A stretch of DNA of 63,075 bases, counting the filler, from Octopus bimaculoides (taxonomy: Eukaryota), in NCBI RefSeq assembly GCF_001194135.2. It is 5 parts of 5 records of this genome, joined end to end, with 100 filler letters (N's around TTAATTAATTAA, not from the genome) between each part and the next. Parts side by side here need not be neighbours in the genome. Positions count along the whole stretch, not along the records: positions 25,177 to 52,563 come from NC_068990.1; 4 more parts are not named here. One strand, written 5' to 3'. Below the pieces are notes generated by a model that did no database searches, was not told the origin of the DNA, and saw nothing but the letters and a program-made list of their open reading frames with translations. Shown one piece after another: positions 25,208 to 38,931 of this stretch. The position numbers and the translations under genes were made by a program. The first letter of the stretch is position 1. Each line of letters begins with the position of its first letter.

Positions 25208-26062
25208 CGACTCAAAATTTAAAAATTCGTTTTCCGTGTTGCCTGTTTCTGCTTCGCGCCCTAGTAACTGGGGACTCCTCCAAGTAAAAGATGGTGCAAG
25301 ATGCCAGACAGTGGGATTGAATCTGTTCATCGTGATTGAAAAACAAACTTCTTAATTATCCGGTCATGCCGCAACCTCAGTATCAGTCTTACGCTACCAA
25401 ATACCAGTACAATAAAGAAATTATATTGGATTGAGTGATGTGTATATAATGTCGGTTGTGGGTTGTGCTGTGTTATGCATATGTTATATAGGTACGTGTA
25501 TGTGTGTGTTGTAAATATAATCTGTTTCGTATGATGTCTTATCTGTGTGTATGCTATCTGATCTATGCGTTGTGAACTATCTGAGGCTAATTCTATATAC
25601 TTAAAACTCAATATTCTCTTACTTTCCTTTATCAATTATATTCATCAGTGTTATCTATTCTGTCCTGTCTATTTCAATATTTCATTTCTTTCAATACCGT
25701 AATTGGCAATAAAGAAATTTTGTAGAATAGAATAGTATTGATCCCTTTTGTCGATGTACTCGATGAGCCCATTTTAAGGAAGACGGGAGATCGATCAATT
25801 GAATCAGAGTATATTATTGGTATTTATTTTGTCAACTTACAAAAATAGAGGGTACTAAAAAGGATATTAATACGTTCCTACTCAACCTGCTAGAAAGACC
25901 AACCATAATTTCCACAAATCATTCGTTGACAAAGAGGTTAATTAGTTCCAAAATATACCGAAGCCAACAAAATAAAACCCCAGTAAAAAGATAGAGTTTG
26001 TTACTGATATGAAAGCTTCTATTAAATGGTCTGATGAATCAGTACTCGTGAATGCTTTTGAT

Positions 26063-26236
26063 AAGGTTCGTGGCTTGGTAGTTGGGTATTCGGCTCGCGA
26101 TCGTAAGGTTGTGAGTTCGATTTCCGGGCAGCGCATGTATCCCTGAGGCAAGACACTTCATTTCACGTTGTTCCAGCCCACTCATCTGGCAAAAATGAAT
26201 AATACCTGTGTTTCAAAAGGCCAGCTTTGTCACATT
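26063..26236 (+). mobile_element. SINE family C, 3' truncated
   Basis: ggcttggtagttgggtattcggctcgcgatcgtaaggttgtgagttcgatttcc head. Confidence 0.8.
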
Positions 26237-26360
26237 AATTCAAAAGCAATGAGAAGAAATAAGTATAACAATTGACAGAATAATCTGACTGCTAAACGGT
26301 TAAATCTCACCACACACACACACACACACACACTATCTTAAAACAGACAAGGAACACATG

Positions 26361-26395
<35 letters not shown>

Positions 26396-26534
26396 ACTAT
26401 AGCATTAGATATCATGAATGGATGGTCACGACTGAAAAGCATTTGATTACATGGGTTCTGTTTTTCCTTTCTTTTCTCTTTTTTTCTTCCTCATTAAATA
26501 GTCCTACTTGACTTGCGCTGATCAAAAGCAACAA

Positions 26535-26690
26535 TAAATGGCGAATTGGCATAAGCGTTAGAGCCTTGGACGAAATACCTCTCGGTATTTAATCAGGATT
26601 CTTGCATTTTGAGATCTAATCCCGTCGAGTTCAACTTTACTTCATCCCAGGGTCGATAAATAAAGTACCAGTTTTAGGGTACTGGACTGG
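26535..26690 (+). mobile_element. SINE family B (diverged)
   Basis: ggcgaattggcataagcgttag...gggtcgataaataaagtaccag. Confidence 0.65.
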
Positions 26691-26845
26691 GGAAACTGTT
26701 TGAGCATTAAACTGAATGTTATGCAGTATTTGTTCCGGCTGATTGCGTTCTTTGTTCAAATCACTCAAAGAAACTGGTTGGCAGGCTTTATCTGTCGCCT
26801 GTTATAGCATTATCATCCATTCATCTGTCTGGGTGTTTTTAGTAT

Positions 26846-27204
26846 TCTCTTTTTACTTGTTTCAGTCACTTGACTGCGGCCATGCTGGAGCACCGCCTTT
26901 AGTCGAGAAAATCGACACCAGGACTTATTCTTTGTAAGCCTAGTACTTATTCTATCGGTCTCTTTTTGCCGAACCGCTAAGTTGCGGGGACGTAAGCACA
27001 CCAGCATCGGTTGTCAAGCGATGGTGGGGGGACAAACATAGACACACAAATACACACGCACACACACATATACATATATATGCATATATACGACGAGCTT
27101 CTCTCAGTTTCCGTCTACCAAATCCATTCACAATCCTTTGGGACTGAACTCGGAACCATGTGGTTGGTAAGCAAGCTACTCGCCACATAGCCACTCCTGC
27201 ACCT
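26846..27204 (-). mobile_element. SINE family A with internal deletion
   Basis: Near-identical to 6249-6644 but lacks the segment between cacaa and gggactgaac. Confidence 0.9.
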
Positions 27205-27229
27205 GTAGAGTACACTTTGTTCCCAGAAT

Positions 27230-27625
27230 TCGGGCCAGTATTTTAAAGAGGGTCACCGGATGATACAGATCTTCATCAGTAACTGAGACGTATTCTTCAA
27301 ACTAGATGGCCGGATAAGAAGAGGTGTAAAAGAAAGTAGGCAGGCACAAGTGGAAAATAAATTCTGAAGCGCAAGTAGGGATAGACCGTCAGCACCTTAA
27401 GGGGAAGTAACATCCATCATTACAAGTCTGGCACTGGCCTGGAACTCGCAAAGTAGACAGAAGGGAGGATGCTCTTGAAATCACTAGAAGCTAGATATTG
27501 AGGCAGAAATAGAAAAAAAAAAGCAGGGATCCAGCTGGGTAGAAGCAAAAACGACGGACCAAATTCGGAAACGATGGAGGAAAGTCGTCGATAGACGATG
27601 ATTCACAGGGAGAGAAGGTCCTATG
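27230..27625 (+). pseudogene. RTE-type LINE 3' coding fragment
   Basis: SLALAWNSQSRQKGG...LDIEAE...SSWVEAKTTDQIRKRWRKVVD resembles the RTE C-terminal ALxWxPxGxRxxGRP...DRxxWRxxV motif. Confidence 0.65.
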
Positions 27626-28049
27626 TATATGAGAAAGACGGAGAACTCGAAACAGGTCATGTGCACTGTCTCGCTCTCCTGATTAAACAACAAAACCACA
27701 ATGTCGCATGAAAGGAGGAAAACATAAATCGGCGTAACTTGAAGTCAAAATGTGAAATATTTCAAGAAGAATGTTCTGTTTCTTGACCTATCTGTCCCCT
27801 TCTCTCTCTCTCCCTCTCTCCCTCTCTCTCTCCCTCTCTCTCTCTCTCTCCTTCCCTCTCTCCTTCTCACTCCCTCTCTATCTCTCTCCCTTTCAACCTC
27901 TGTTTTTCTTCTTTCTATTTGTCTGTCTTATACACACATACATTCGTACGTATACACACATACATGCATCCACACATACATATGTGGGCGTGTGTGTGTA
28001 TGTATATACACGCACACACGCACACATATGTATATATACATATATATAT

Positions 28050-28086
<37 letters not shown>

Positions 28087-28419
28087 GACATACACACCTA
28101 TATACAGAAGCATAGACATAGACACGTAACTAGTTATTAGAAGAAAATGTTTTAAAGTTCTTTTTTTTTTTCAAGAACCAGTCTTGTTCGCCATTTCCGT
28201 TCTTTTAATTCCTAAGTGCCGAAATCAAAAAGAAAACCGAACTAATCGATCGATAAAACAGATTGGAAACTGTATAAAAAAAAACGATAATGAATAAAAT
28301 CATCATAGATTTACTGTAAAGAAAGAAAGAAACAAAATGTGATTAATTTTCTCTCTAGTTATTCTCTTCTAGTCCCGCTCTTTTAGGTCTCTCTCTCTCT
28401 CTCTCTCTCCCTCCCTGTT

Positions 28420-28487
<68 letters not shown>

Positions 28488-28925
28488 TGTTTCTTTCTCG
28501 CTCTGTCTGGAGTCTGTTAGAACTTTTTACATTATTTTGTAAGATATGCTGTACACGAATCCTTTGCGTAGATGATGATGATGATGATGACGATGATGAC
28601 GATGACGATGATGACGATGACGACAACCACGAAACCGATCTTGATGATGATGATGACGACGATGATGACGACGATGGTGGTGGTTGTGATCGTGCTGGTG
28701 ATGGTGATGGTTCTACAGCAATGAAATTCCTTTAGGTAGCACTGCGTTGTTCCCCCCTGGTTCTTCGTGCCTTGGGTTCNNNNNNNNNNCTTCTTCTTCT
28801 TCTTCTTCTTCTTCTTCTTCTTCTTCTTCTTCTTCTTCTTCTTCTTCTTCTTCCCTTTCCTCCTCTATCTATCTATCTCTCTATCTATCTATGTCTGTCT
28901 GTCTGTCTGTCTTTCAGTCTATCTG

Positions 28926-28969
<44 letters not shown>

Positions 28970-29559
28970 CCTATCTATCTCCGGTAACGAGCAAAATTGC
29001 ACCGAAAGAAGAGTCATGGATGAGGAATCCATTCAACATTCAGTTCTACTGAAACAGAGAGAAGTTGAGCAAGGATTTAGCGAATTTTTGCTCATAAGAA
29101 AGCTAATATGTTACTGGGACCATACAATTAGGTACCAAAGTGCCGCGCAACACACAGCCGATATAAAGAATAAAATTTATATTGTGAAGCATACGTTACA
29201 GATTTGTTGTTGTTGTTGTTCTTATTATTGGATGTTATTCATTTTACAGCAGTCAGAACCATTCATTGCTACAGAGTGAAATTATGGTGGTATAAACCAG
29301 CATTTATCAGTTCTGATTTTTTTATGAGAATTCTACGACAAAGAATTACCTGATTACTTCATCACAATCATCTTCGCCGTCGTCGTCGCCGTCGTCGCCG
29401 TCGTCATCATTGTCATCACCATCGTCATCATCCTCGTTATCATCATCGCCGTTATAGTCTTCTTCATTTCCTCCTCCTCTTCTGCTTTTCTTCCTCCTTT
29501 CCTCCCCCTCCTCCTCGCCCTTCTTCATATTATTATTATTATTATCATTATTATTATTA

Positions 29560-29595
<36 letters not shown>

Positions 29596-29616
29596 GTAGT
29601 AGTAGTAGTAGTAGTA

Positions 29617-29839
29617 AAGGCGGCGAACTGACAGATCGTTAGCAAGCCGGACGAAATGCTTAGCGATATTTCGTCTGCCGCTAACGTTCTGAGTTCAAAT
29701 TCCGCCGAGTTTGCTTTGCCTTTCAGCTTTTTGGGGTCGATGAATTAAGTATCAGTTACACACTGGGGTCGATGCAATCGACTAGTGCCCTTCCCCAAAA
29801 TTCCAAGCCTTGATCCTTTAGTAGAAGGGATTATTATTA

Positions 29840-29877
<38 letters not shown>
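29617..29877 (+). mobile_element. SINE family B, full length, with (TTA)n tail
   Basis: Head aaggcggcgaactgacagatcgttagc; ends gtagaagggattattattat. Confidence 0.9.
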
Positions 29878-29879
<2 letters not shown>

Positions 29880-30020
29880 CTATCCCNNNNNNNNNNNNNN
29901 NNNNNNNNNNNNNNNNNNNNNNNNNNNNNNNNNNNNNNNNNNNNNNNNNNNNNNNNNNNNNNNNNNNNNNNNNNNNNNNNTTCTTCTTCTTCTTCTTCTT
30001 CTTCTTCTTCTTCTTCTACT

Positions 30021-30052
<32 letters not shown>

Positions 30053-30528
30053 CAGCATTTGTGTCGGGCACAGTGACAGGTGCGCCGGAACCCTATTAAC
30101 TGCAGAATGTATGTGACGTTCTTCCACCATCGTGTTTTATACTAAGCTAACGAATCATAACCGAGGTTATTACCAACTCCTGTTTCGAAATATTAAAGCC
30201 GTTAGTGGTGGTGGTCACTCTCTCAAACAAACATAAACAGTGAACAGCACTAAGAAGACTCGTTCAAGCTTCTCAGTTTCTTAACAGAAGTCTACAAAAT
30301 ACTACTATCAGTCAAATAAATAGCTACAAGTACTAGTTTGCTGCTATATTTCCTATACAGAAATCACGTACATTAGCAGAAGCTTTAATGGAAAAAGTTT
30401 GTTAATGGAATAAAATAAGAAAAATACGTGAAATTTCTTGATGTTGATCTCTATAAAGAAGTTTATAGTAGAAAAATACAAATCTCCAAGATACAGGAGA
30501 GCATCTGCAACGTTCCACATGCTTGTAA

Positions 30529-30612
<84 letters not shown>

Positions 30613-30701
30613 NNNNNNNNNNNNNNNNNNNNNNNNNNNNNNNNNNNNNNNNNNNNNNNNNNNNNNNNNNNNNNNNNNNNNNNNNNNNNNNNNNNNNNNN
30701 N

Positions 30702-30762
<61 letters not shown>

Positions 30763-31200
30763 TGGAATAAAAAATGAAAAAGCAAAAGATTTGGCATCAC
30801 TCAAAAAAGCATTTAATTTAGATAGAGACTATAAAGATATGGAGTTTCCTACAGCTGTATCTAGAATACGCAAGCATATGGATCATGATATTGAGTAAGG
30901 ATTCTATAAGCTGAGACGTGTTAGTCAGAGGGATGGCCAGAGTTATATATACATATCTATCTTCTATCTACAGTCGTGGCCATACCTTTTGAATATTCTT
31001 TTTTAAATTAAAATTATGCCCTAGTACAATTCGATTCAAATATATACAATGTAGAGATTGCTTAGAAGAAAAAAATAAGCCAAATCAAAGATTTAGTTCT
31101 AGACTAAATTGCTTACTTTTACTAAACAAAGGCTAGTACATCACGTATACGAAAATATGTTCCAAAGTTTTGGCCACGACTCTATCTATCTATCTATCTG

Positions 31201-31254
<54 letters not shown>

Positions 31255-31520
31255 CATCTATCTATCTATCCATCTTCATGAATACGTGCGTACGGGAGAC
31301 GCACACAAATCCATATGAAGAGGAATGAGGGTATATTAAACACCATACGAGATAAATTCTTCATCTATTGAAACTATCCTGCTCACCGAGAAAGTAGAAC
31401 AATCGATTTGTGGCCATTGCGATCAAATCTACAAAGGAAAGTGGAAATAATCTCAAAGGTCGATGATTCTTCAAAATTGCCGAAGATACTTCAAAATTAC
31501 CAGCTCATTAGAAAATTATT

Positions 31521-31740
31521 GTTTTCAAAATTTGGCACAAGGTCAGTAATTGCAAGGGAAGGAGGCAGTAAGTCGATTACATTGACCCAAGTGTTCAACT
31601 GGTACTTAATTTATCAAACCCCGACTAGATTAAAGGCAAAGTTGACTTCAGCGAAATTTGAACTCAAAACGTAAATACGAACCAAATACCGCTAAGCATT
31701 TTGCCCGGCCTGCTAATGATTTAGTCATCTCGCCACCTTT
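31521..31740 (-). mobile_element. SINE family B
   Basis: Full colinear match to other B copies. Confidence 0.85.
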
Positions 31741-31756
31741 GTCGTTAAAGAAATAT

Positions 31757-31915
31757 TTGGTTTCAAATTTTTGGCACAAAGGCAGTGACTTCGGTAGAGG
31801 GGTTAAGTGTTCAAGTGGTACTTATTTTTATCGACTCTGAAAGGGATGAAAGGCAAACTCGACCTCGGAGGAATTTATACTTAGATTGTAAAAACGAACG
31901 AAATGTTAACGATTC
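31757..31915 (-). mobile_element. SINE family B (deleted)
   Basis: tttcaaattttggcacaaagg...gaaagggatgaaaggcaaactcgacctcgg. Confidence 0.75.
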
Positions 31916-31954
31916 TAATGTTTATCCCTTTGGAGTCATCACACTGATTCATAC

Positions 31955-32169
31955 TTCCTACTATAGGTACATGACCTGAAATTTTGTGGGGAGGGAATAG
32001 ACTATTACATTGACCTCAGTATCTGAGTGATACTTATTTTATCGACCCCGAAAGAATGAAAGGCATGATTCAACTATGACGGGAATTTATACTCAAAAAT
32101 GTAAAGACCGACAAAATCCTGCAGAGTATTTTCTACAACGTGCTAACAATTCTGCCAGCTCACCATCTT
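31955..32169 (-). mobile_element. SINE family B
   Basis: Full colinear match. Confidence 0.82.
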
Positions 32170-32255
32170 ACAACGATTACAATGATACTTTCAAAGTAGC
32201 AAAACTAATACACCACATCGGTGGTTTGATTTTTAAAATTATCATAGGATGATTT

Positions 32256-32390
32256 AAGGTGGCAATCTCGCAGAGTCGTTAGTTCACCGCAAAATGCTTA
32301 GCAGCGTTTCTTCCGGCTCTTTACATTTCTGAGTTCAAATCCCGTCGAGGTCGACTTTGCCTTTCATTCCTTTCAGGGTCGAGAAAATTA
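32256..32390 (+). mobile_element. SINE family B, 3' truncated
   Basis: aaggtggcaatctcgcagagtcgttag...gtcgactttgcctttcattcctttcagggtcga. Confidence 0.8.
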
Positions 32391-32824
32391 CCCGAACGGA
32401 GTTCTTGCAAGCCACGATTTGTATTCAGCTTTCGAAAGGATGGTTTGTACAAACTGTACTGTTGGTCCTGACTTGTTGAGATTGCGTGTTCAAACATGTC
32501 GAAGGCCAATCAGCCATCATCTTCCCGTCCCCACAAATTTCCGGCCTTGTGCCAACACTTGAAAGGAATATTACAAGATGATTTCGATCATGTATCCGAA
32601 ATAATCATTGATTTTAGTTTTAAAAAAGTAAGCCATAACCTTAACCCTTCTACTACGTTCTACTTCAGAATTTTCAATTCTACTTAGATCGCTCGCTTCA
32701 TGTTCTTACCTTTGGAGGCGGGGGTCAACCCAGGCTAGTGGTCCCAGAGACGTCATCATGCGACTAGGTTCAGTAGTGCTCTATATCGCTGGCGGTCCCT
32801 ACCAACCTCTTTACATCCTAGAAA

Positions 32825-32957
32825 TCCTGAAATTTCGGGGGTAGGAGGTTAGTCAATTACATCGACCTCAGTATTTAACTGATACTCATTTTATCAACTC
32901 CGAAAGGACGAGAGGCAGGATTTGAACTCAAAATGTAAAGACCGACGAAATACTACT
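32825..32957 (-). mobile_element. SINE family B lacking its head
   Basis: Stops at gacgaaatactactga where a GC-rich RTE-like sequence begins. Confidence 0.75.
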
Positions 32958-33230
32958 GACCCCTCCTGTCGTGGTAAGGGGACTTGGGTGTTCCATAGAT
33001 TCCATAGATTCGATAGAGCGTTACAGCCTGGAGCTTTGCTCCTGGTAGGGCCAGCCTTGGCGGGCTGGTCACCCGGGGATGTTCCAGAATAACGGTGACC
33101 CACGGCACGTTGGCTCGTTGCCAAGATGGCAGCCCTGTCATCTGACTATTCTGTGGAGGACCAACAACCCACCCAGAAGAACCCTCAACCTGTCCTGTTA
33201 TGACAGCGACTAGAAGAAACTAGACTGCCC
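32958..33230 (+). mobile_element. RTE-type LINE 5' UTR-like fragment
   Basis: cctcctgtcgtggtaaggggacttgggtgttcc...ctttgctcctggtagggcc resembles RTE (Expander/BovB-type) 5' ends as recalled. Confidence 0.5.
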
Positions 33231-33499
33231 AACATCTACTTATATACTACGAGCATTATCATTGACATATCGAGATTAGTATCCATTTTCATCACGAAAT
33301 TTAGCTTTACTTCGAAAACCTATTTCATTCGTTATTACGCTTCTTAAATAGGTGTTAGACAGAGAAGGAAATACATCTTAGTCACACACACCCTCCTCCG
33401 CTCAGTTTTAAACCACTCAGTGAAGATGACATAAATTTTTTCCATTGCCATTGTCTGAGGATAAAATGACTTTAATAATTCTATAAAATGTTGAAAAAA

Positions 33500-34330
33500 A
33501 TCTCATCTCTGCCGTCACTGACGATAATTTGTCATGAACAAATTCATCAAAAGCTTTTCGGTAGCCATGAAAGCAATAAATAATTCGTCACCATACTCTC
33601 AAGTTGTCTAAATGATCATATTTACATCAAGAATAGCGTTACTTGTTCCTTTTCCAGTTCTAAAACCAAATTGTACTTCTCCTATTTCCATATTTGGCTT
33701 TAATTCTGTCAGCAATGAGCTTAAGGGGGATTTTACTAACGTGATTTATCAACGCAATTATTTTGTTTTTGCATTGTTTTCCTTCCTGTTTTCCTTCCTT
33801 CCTTCCTTCCTTCCTTCCTTCCTTCCTGTTTTCTTTTTTTTTTTTCCTTCTTTCAGTTTTGCAATTTGGATGAATATTGTGTCTATTAATTTGGTCATAA
33901 ATTTCTTTTTTTCCATATTTCTGTGCACACCGTATAAAAATTTCACTGAGACTCTATCAACATTTTCCCAAAGGTCTGCTGTTGTATCATCTATACCAGA
34001 ACTTTGGTTCAGTACCCGATTTCGCATACCCTTTTTACCATTCCTTTTCTCCCTTCAGACATTAGTTGAGGAAAATTCTCCATCTGTGCCACAATTTCGG
34101 CTTTGATCATTTTGATTACTTCTGATTGATTAACATCTTTTGTCTTCTCGCATAATTAGTATCAGCATTCATTCCAAATTTCCTCCATCTCTTTCCCTTC
34201 ACAAAGTATATTACCATCTTTGTCTTTGATAAAATCTTTGCCTTTCTCAGTGCAAATATCATCTTTATAAGCATCAATGCTTTGTAAATATCTTCAGTAG
34301 CGTTTGATATTCAACTTTACAATCATATCA
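33500..34330 (-). pseudogene. RTE-clade LINE ORF2 fragment (linker plus RT N-terminal part)
   Basis: IKDKDGNILCEGKEMEEIWNE, SSGIDDTTADL, IALINHVSKIPLKLIADRI, EIGEVQFGFRTGKGTSNAI, FIAF...KAFD, with stops and frameshifts; interrupted by a (CCTT)n tract near 33780-33850. Confidence 0.88.
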
Positions 34331-34627
34331 CACGTTTTGTTGATGCTTCCTTTTATTTTCTTTTTCATAAAGGTTTGAATTTCATGGCTCATATGGTAAT
34401 GATGCCCCTCAGTTTCAGAGGAGGCCACGCGGTCTTCAATTTTATCTTATGTCTCATTTCTTAGCCAGTTCAGTTGTCATTTCTTTCTCGTTGGGATTGT
34501 TTGTTCAGCGAATTCCAACGCATTTTAGCTTTATACTTCTCTTGCTCTGGGTGGCATTATTTTCACTTAGTCAAAGTTAGTCAAATTGGTTTTAAATTTC
34601 ATATATATATGTATGCATATATGTATG

Positions 34628-34666
<39 letters not shown>

Positions 34667-35353
34667 GTATATGTATGTATATATGTATATATATGTGTGT
34701 GTCTGTGTGTGTGTGTGTGTGTATTTATATACACACACATACATACGTACGTACATACATATATATTTATGTATACACACATACATATATATGTATATAT
34801 ATGTGTGTGTCTGTGTGTGTGTGTGTGTGTNNNNNNNNNNNNNNNNNNNNNNNNNNNNNNNNNNNNNNNNNNNNNNNNNNNNNNNNNNNNNNNNNNNNNN
34901 NNNNNNNNNNNNNNNNNNNNNNNNNNNNNNNNNNNNNNNNNNNNNNNNNNNNNNNNNNNNNNNNNNNNNNNNNNNNNNNNNNNNNNNNNNNNNNNNNNNN
35001 NNNNNNNNNNNNNNNNNNNNNNNNNNNNNNNNNNNNNNNNNNNNNNNNNNNNNNNNNNNNNNNNNNNNNNNNNNNNNNNNNNNNNNNNNNNNNNNNNNNN
35101 NNNNNNNNNNNNNNNNNNNNNNNNNNNNNNNNNNNNNNNNNNNNNNNNNNNNNNNNNNNNNNNNNNNNNNNNNNNNNNNNNNNNNNNNNNNNNNNNNNNN
35201 NNNNNNNNNNNNNNNNNNNNNNNNNNNNNNNNNNNNNNNNNNNNNNNNNNNNNNNNNNNNNNNNNNNNNNNNNNNNNNNNNNNNNNNNNNNNNNNNNNNN
35301 NNNNNNNNNNNNNNNNNNNNNNNNNNNNNNNNNNNNNNNNNNNNNNNNNNNNN

Positions 35354-35392
<39 letters not shown>

Positions 35393-35794
35393 CATATACA
35401 AGTGCATACACACACAGACACACACACTCACAAACACACGCACACATATGTATCAATTAGATAGGCAAATGATACACAAGCCTTATACGAGAGTATAATC
35501 AAGAACGCGATATAATATACGCTTTTTAGATCTTCACATATCATTTGTTATAGTTTTTCCTTTTACGTATTTATCTTCATACTTGATCTGATCTCTCTAA
35601 GACTAGTTCTAAGAAATGGTCTTCTTTTACATTTTTTTTTCTGCTCTACTGTTTCGATTTTCTAATATATATGTTAGCCGTTGGCTGAAAAATCGTAATT
35701 ATACTCTTTCCTAGACATTGCTATCGTATTATATTATATCTAGACATTCTCTCGTTATGCTTATATACATACGAACATACGTACATACAGCATA

Positions 35795-35837
<43 letters not shown>

Positions 35838-36301
35838 TTATCTATCTATCTAAATATATATATATACATATACATACATACATACATACATATATATATA
35901 TATGCATACATACATATATACATATATATATGCATATGTATATGTATATGTATATATATATGTGTGTGTATCTATATGTATGTATATATATATGTATCTA
36001 TCTATCTNNNNNNNNNNCCCCCCCCCCCTGTATATATATATATATTTAATATATCTACACACACATGCACACACGCACACACAGGTATGTATGTTTATGT
36101 CACTGTGTTTGTGTATATGTGTGCATGCATATGTGAATGTACGCGCGCGTATGTATGTATGTATAATATATATATATATTGTTACAACTGAGGAATGAAT
36201 AAGCAATGCAATACTCACTTTCATGATTGGTGTCTCCACGAGTACAGGAGCAGCAATTTTCAAAAGAAACGTACGTAAAAGGACAAACGCACGCACGCAT
36301 G

Positions 36302-36341
<40 letters not shown>

Positions 36342-36924
36342 TGTGCACGCACAAACACAGATAATCATATACAGAATGAAATAAATGCATGACTGCTTGC
36401 ATAAATATATTCATTCACACATACAAATGCATGCATACGCATATATTCAAAGATAGATATACGTTTGTGTGTGTGCGTGTGGTCTGTGTATATGTGTGTG
36501 TGTGCGTACGTATGCATATGTTAATGAATATATAAATGTCTGCATTTTGCCTATGTATGTTTGTATAAATAAATGTACACACACACGCACACATGTAAGG
36601 TTATAAAATCTTTTATCATGACCTCACAAACCTTTTTGGAAGAAGCTTTTTCCGTAGTAGGTGTGAGCGCTTTCCATTAATCGTTTCAAACACACATGCT
36701 CTCGGATAATGTTTGAAAGAGGAAGTCGCTATTTTTGTAGTAATGGTTGTATTAATTATTTCTGGTTTATTTTCAGACTTAACGTTTTCATGAATCTTTC
36801 TTCCTTTGTCTGTCAGAGTTAATCGTAGATTTTTATTAATATTTAGTGACTCAAGGTCTGAGAGTTTCGTGCGCTGGCGTATGTTTGCATATGTGTGTGT
36901 TTTTGCGTCTGTGTTTTTACCTCG

Positions 36925-37028
36925 CACCCACTGCTTGATAACCGGGCTTGAATTGTTCGACTAAAACCGTTCAGGGCAGTGCACCAGCATGGCCGCAGTC
37001 CAATGACTGAAACAAGTAAAAAAATAAA
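36925..37028 (+). mobile_element. SINE family A 3' fragment
   Basis: ttcgactaaaacc...ccagcatggccgcagtccaatgactgaaacaagtaaaa. Confidence 0.75.
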
Positions 37029-37189
37029 CAACAAATGATTTCCGCTCAGTTTTCTAAAATCTTGTCTTTCCTCTTTTCATATCACCTTCGTCCTTCTCTC
37101 CTACTCAGTATACTCATTCACCCGCACACTCATTTTCTCTCGCCCTCTTTCTTACTCATTCGTTATCGTTCTCTCTCTCTCTCTCTCTC

Positions 37190-37415
37190 TCTCACTCACT
37201 CATTCATTCACTTACTTTTTTTCTCACTCACTCACTCACTCGCTCACTCACCCACTCACTCACTCACTCGCTCAGTCATTTACGGATTCACTTGCTCACT
37301 CATTCACTCACTCATTCAGTCACTCCCTCGCTCAATTACTCGCTTATTCACTCGCTCACTCACTCACTCACTCACTCATTCGCTCACTCACTCTCTCACT
37401 CACTCATTCATTCTC
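37190..37415. repeat. Degenerate (ACTC)n tetranucleotide array
   Basis: Direct reading. Confidence 0.9.
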
Positions 37416-38900
37416 ACTTTCTTCATATCACATTCTTCCCCTAAAAACTTTAAACGTAACTGATGACGTCAGTCTTTTCATGACCGAAGGTCAAGTAGAA
37501 CAGCAAACTTTCATGCTATAGAAACCGATCTTTGATGCTGCAAAGATTTTTCTTCCTGCCTACGCTGAGTATGTTTCCAAATGAGAGTCAGTCCGCCTTA
37601 TCCGACACCCCTCTTTAGAGTTCAGTGGGTTAAGACGGGTGCGTTGATCAGCACATTGTAGGTTTTATGCTGGAGTGGCCTTCCGAGTGAATTGCTTTAC
37701 AGGAGTGGTAAGCTTAACCTACCTGGGTAGATTGTAGCTCTCCAGCCCCGTAAGCCTGTGAATAAAAGTAGATATTTGTTAAATTACACAAGACGTTTAA
37801 TTTCTGGAAAGTAGACGCTGATCATGCACACATTCATGTGATTGTGTGTGCACGTGTGCGCGTGTGTGTGAGTATGTGTGTGCATGTGATTGTGTAAATA
37901 TGTATATATATTTACATGAAACATTTTGTACATATACATGTGTGTGTGTGTGTGTATGTGTGTGTGTGTGGTGTGTGTTTGTACGTATGCATGCACACAT
38001 ACACATATAGTACCTAGGTATTGTCTGTTGACTTATGTAATTTATGCTTTACGTTCATCTCTGGTTTATATTCAAATGATGTTTGAAGGCAATGTGTATT
38101 ATTGTACAAATAAGGCGAAAAACCAAACACAAACAAAGCTGAAAGAGAGAGAGGGGGAGAGAGAGAGAGGGAGCGAGAGAAAGGTAGAGAGAGAGGTGGG
38201 GAGAGAAGTAAATACAGATAGCCAGCGAGACAAACAATGAGAAAGACAAACACAGACAAACAGACGGACAGGCGTGCAAAAAAAAGACAAACATTAAGAC
38301 AGACGGGTTTGATTTGCGAATATAGAAATCGATCAAAAGAATATCGTGATCGGAAAGTGGAAAGCAGAACGTTACCGCATGGACATGAATAACTGAATAT
38401 ATGTTTTTCGAAATATTAACAACAGCAATACAACAACAAAAGCAACAACATGTTGATGATGATGATCATCATCATGATCATCATGATCATCATCATCATC
38501 ATCGTCGTCGTCGTCGTCGTCGTCGTCATCATCATCATAAACAACAACAACAACAAGTACACCTTTTCTTTTTCATCACACAACAGTCACAGCTTAAGTT
38601 TAAAGTTCAGATTTAAGAGAGATGATTCACTAATAATAATAATAATGATAATAATAATAATAATGATAATAATAATAATAATAATAATAATAATNNNNNN
38701 NNNNNNNNNNNNNNNNNNNNNNNNNNNNNNNNNNNNNNNNNNNNNNNNNNNNNNNNNNNNNNNNNNNNNNNNNNNNNNNNNNNNNNNNNNNNNNNNNNNN
38801 NNNNNNNNNNNNNNNNNNNNNNNNNNNNNNNNNNNNNNNNNNNNNNNNNNNNNNNNNNNNNNNNNNNNNNNNNNNNNNNNNNNNNNNNNNNNNNNNNNNN

Positions 38901-38931
<31 letters not shown>

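Noticed and set aside
29873-30130. Minus-strand ORF with poly-Ala/poly-Glu, and a plus-strand ICVGHSDRCAGTLLTAE micro-exon
   Set aside because: The homopolymers come from (CTG)n/(CTT)n next to a gap; the protease-like resemblance is too short and lacks the conserved spacing
37464-37471. Perfect CRE site TGACGTCA
   Set aside because: A single 8-mer is expected by chance in 63 kb, and there is no promoter context
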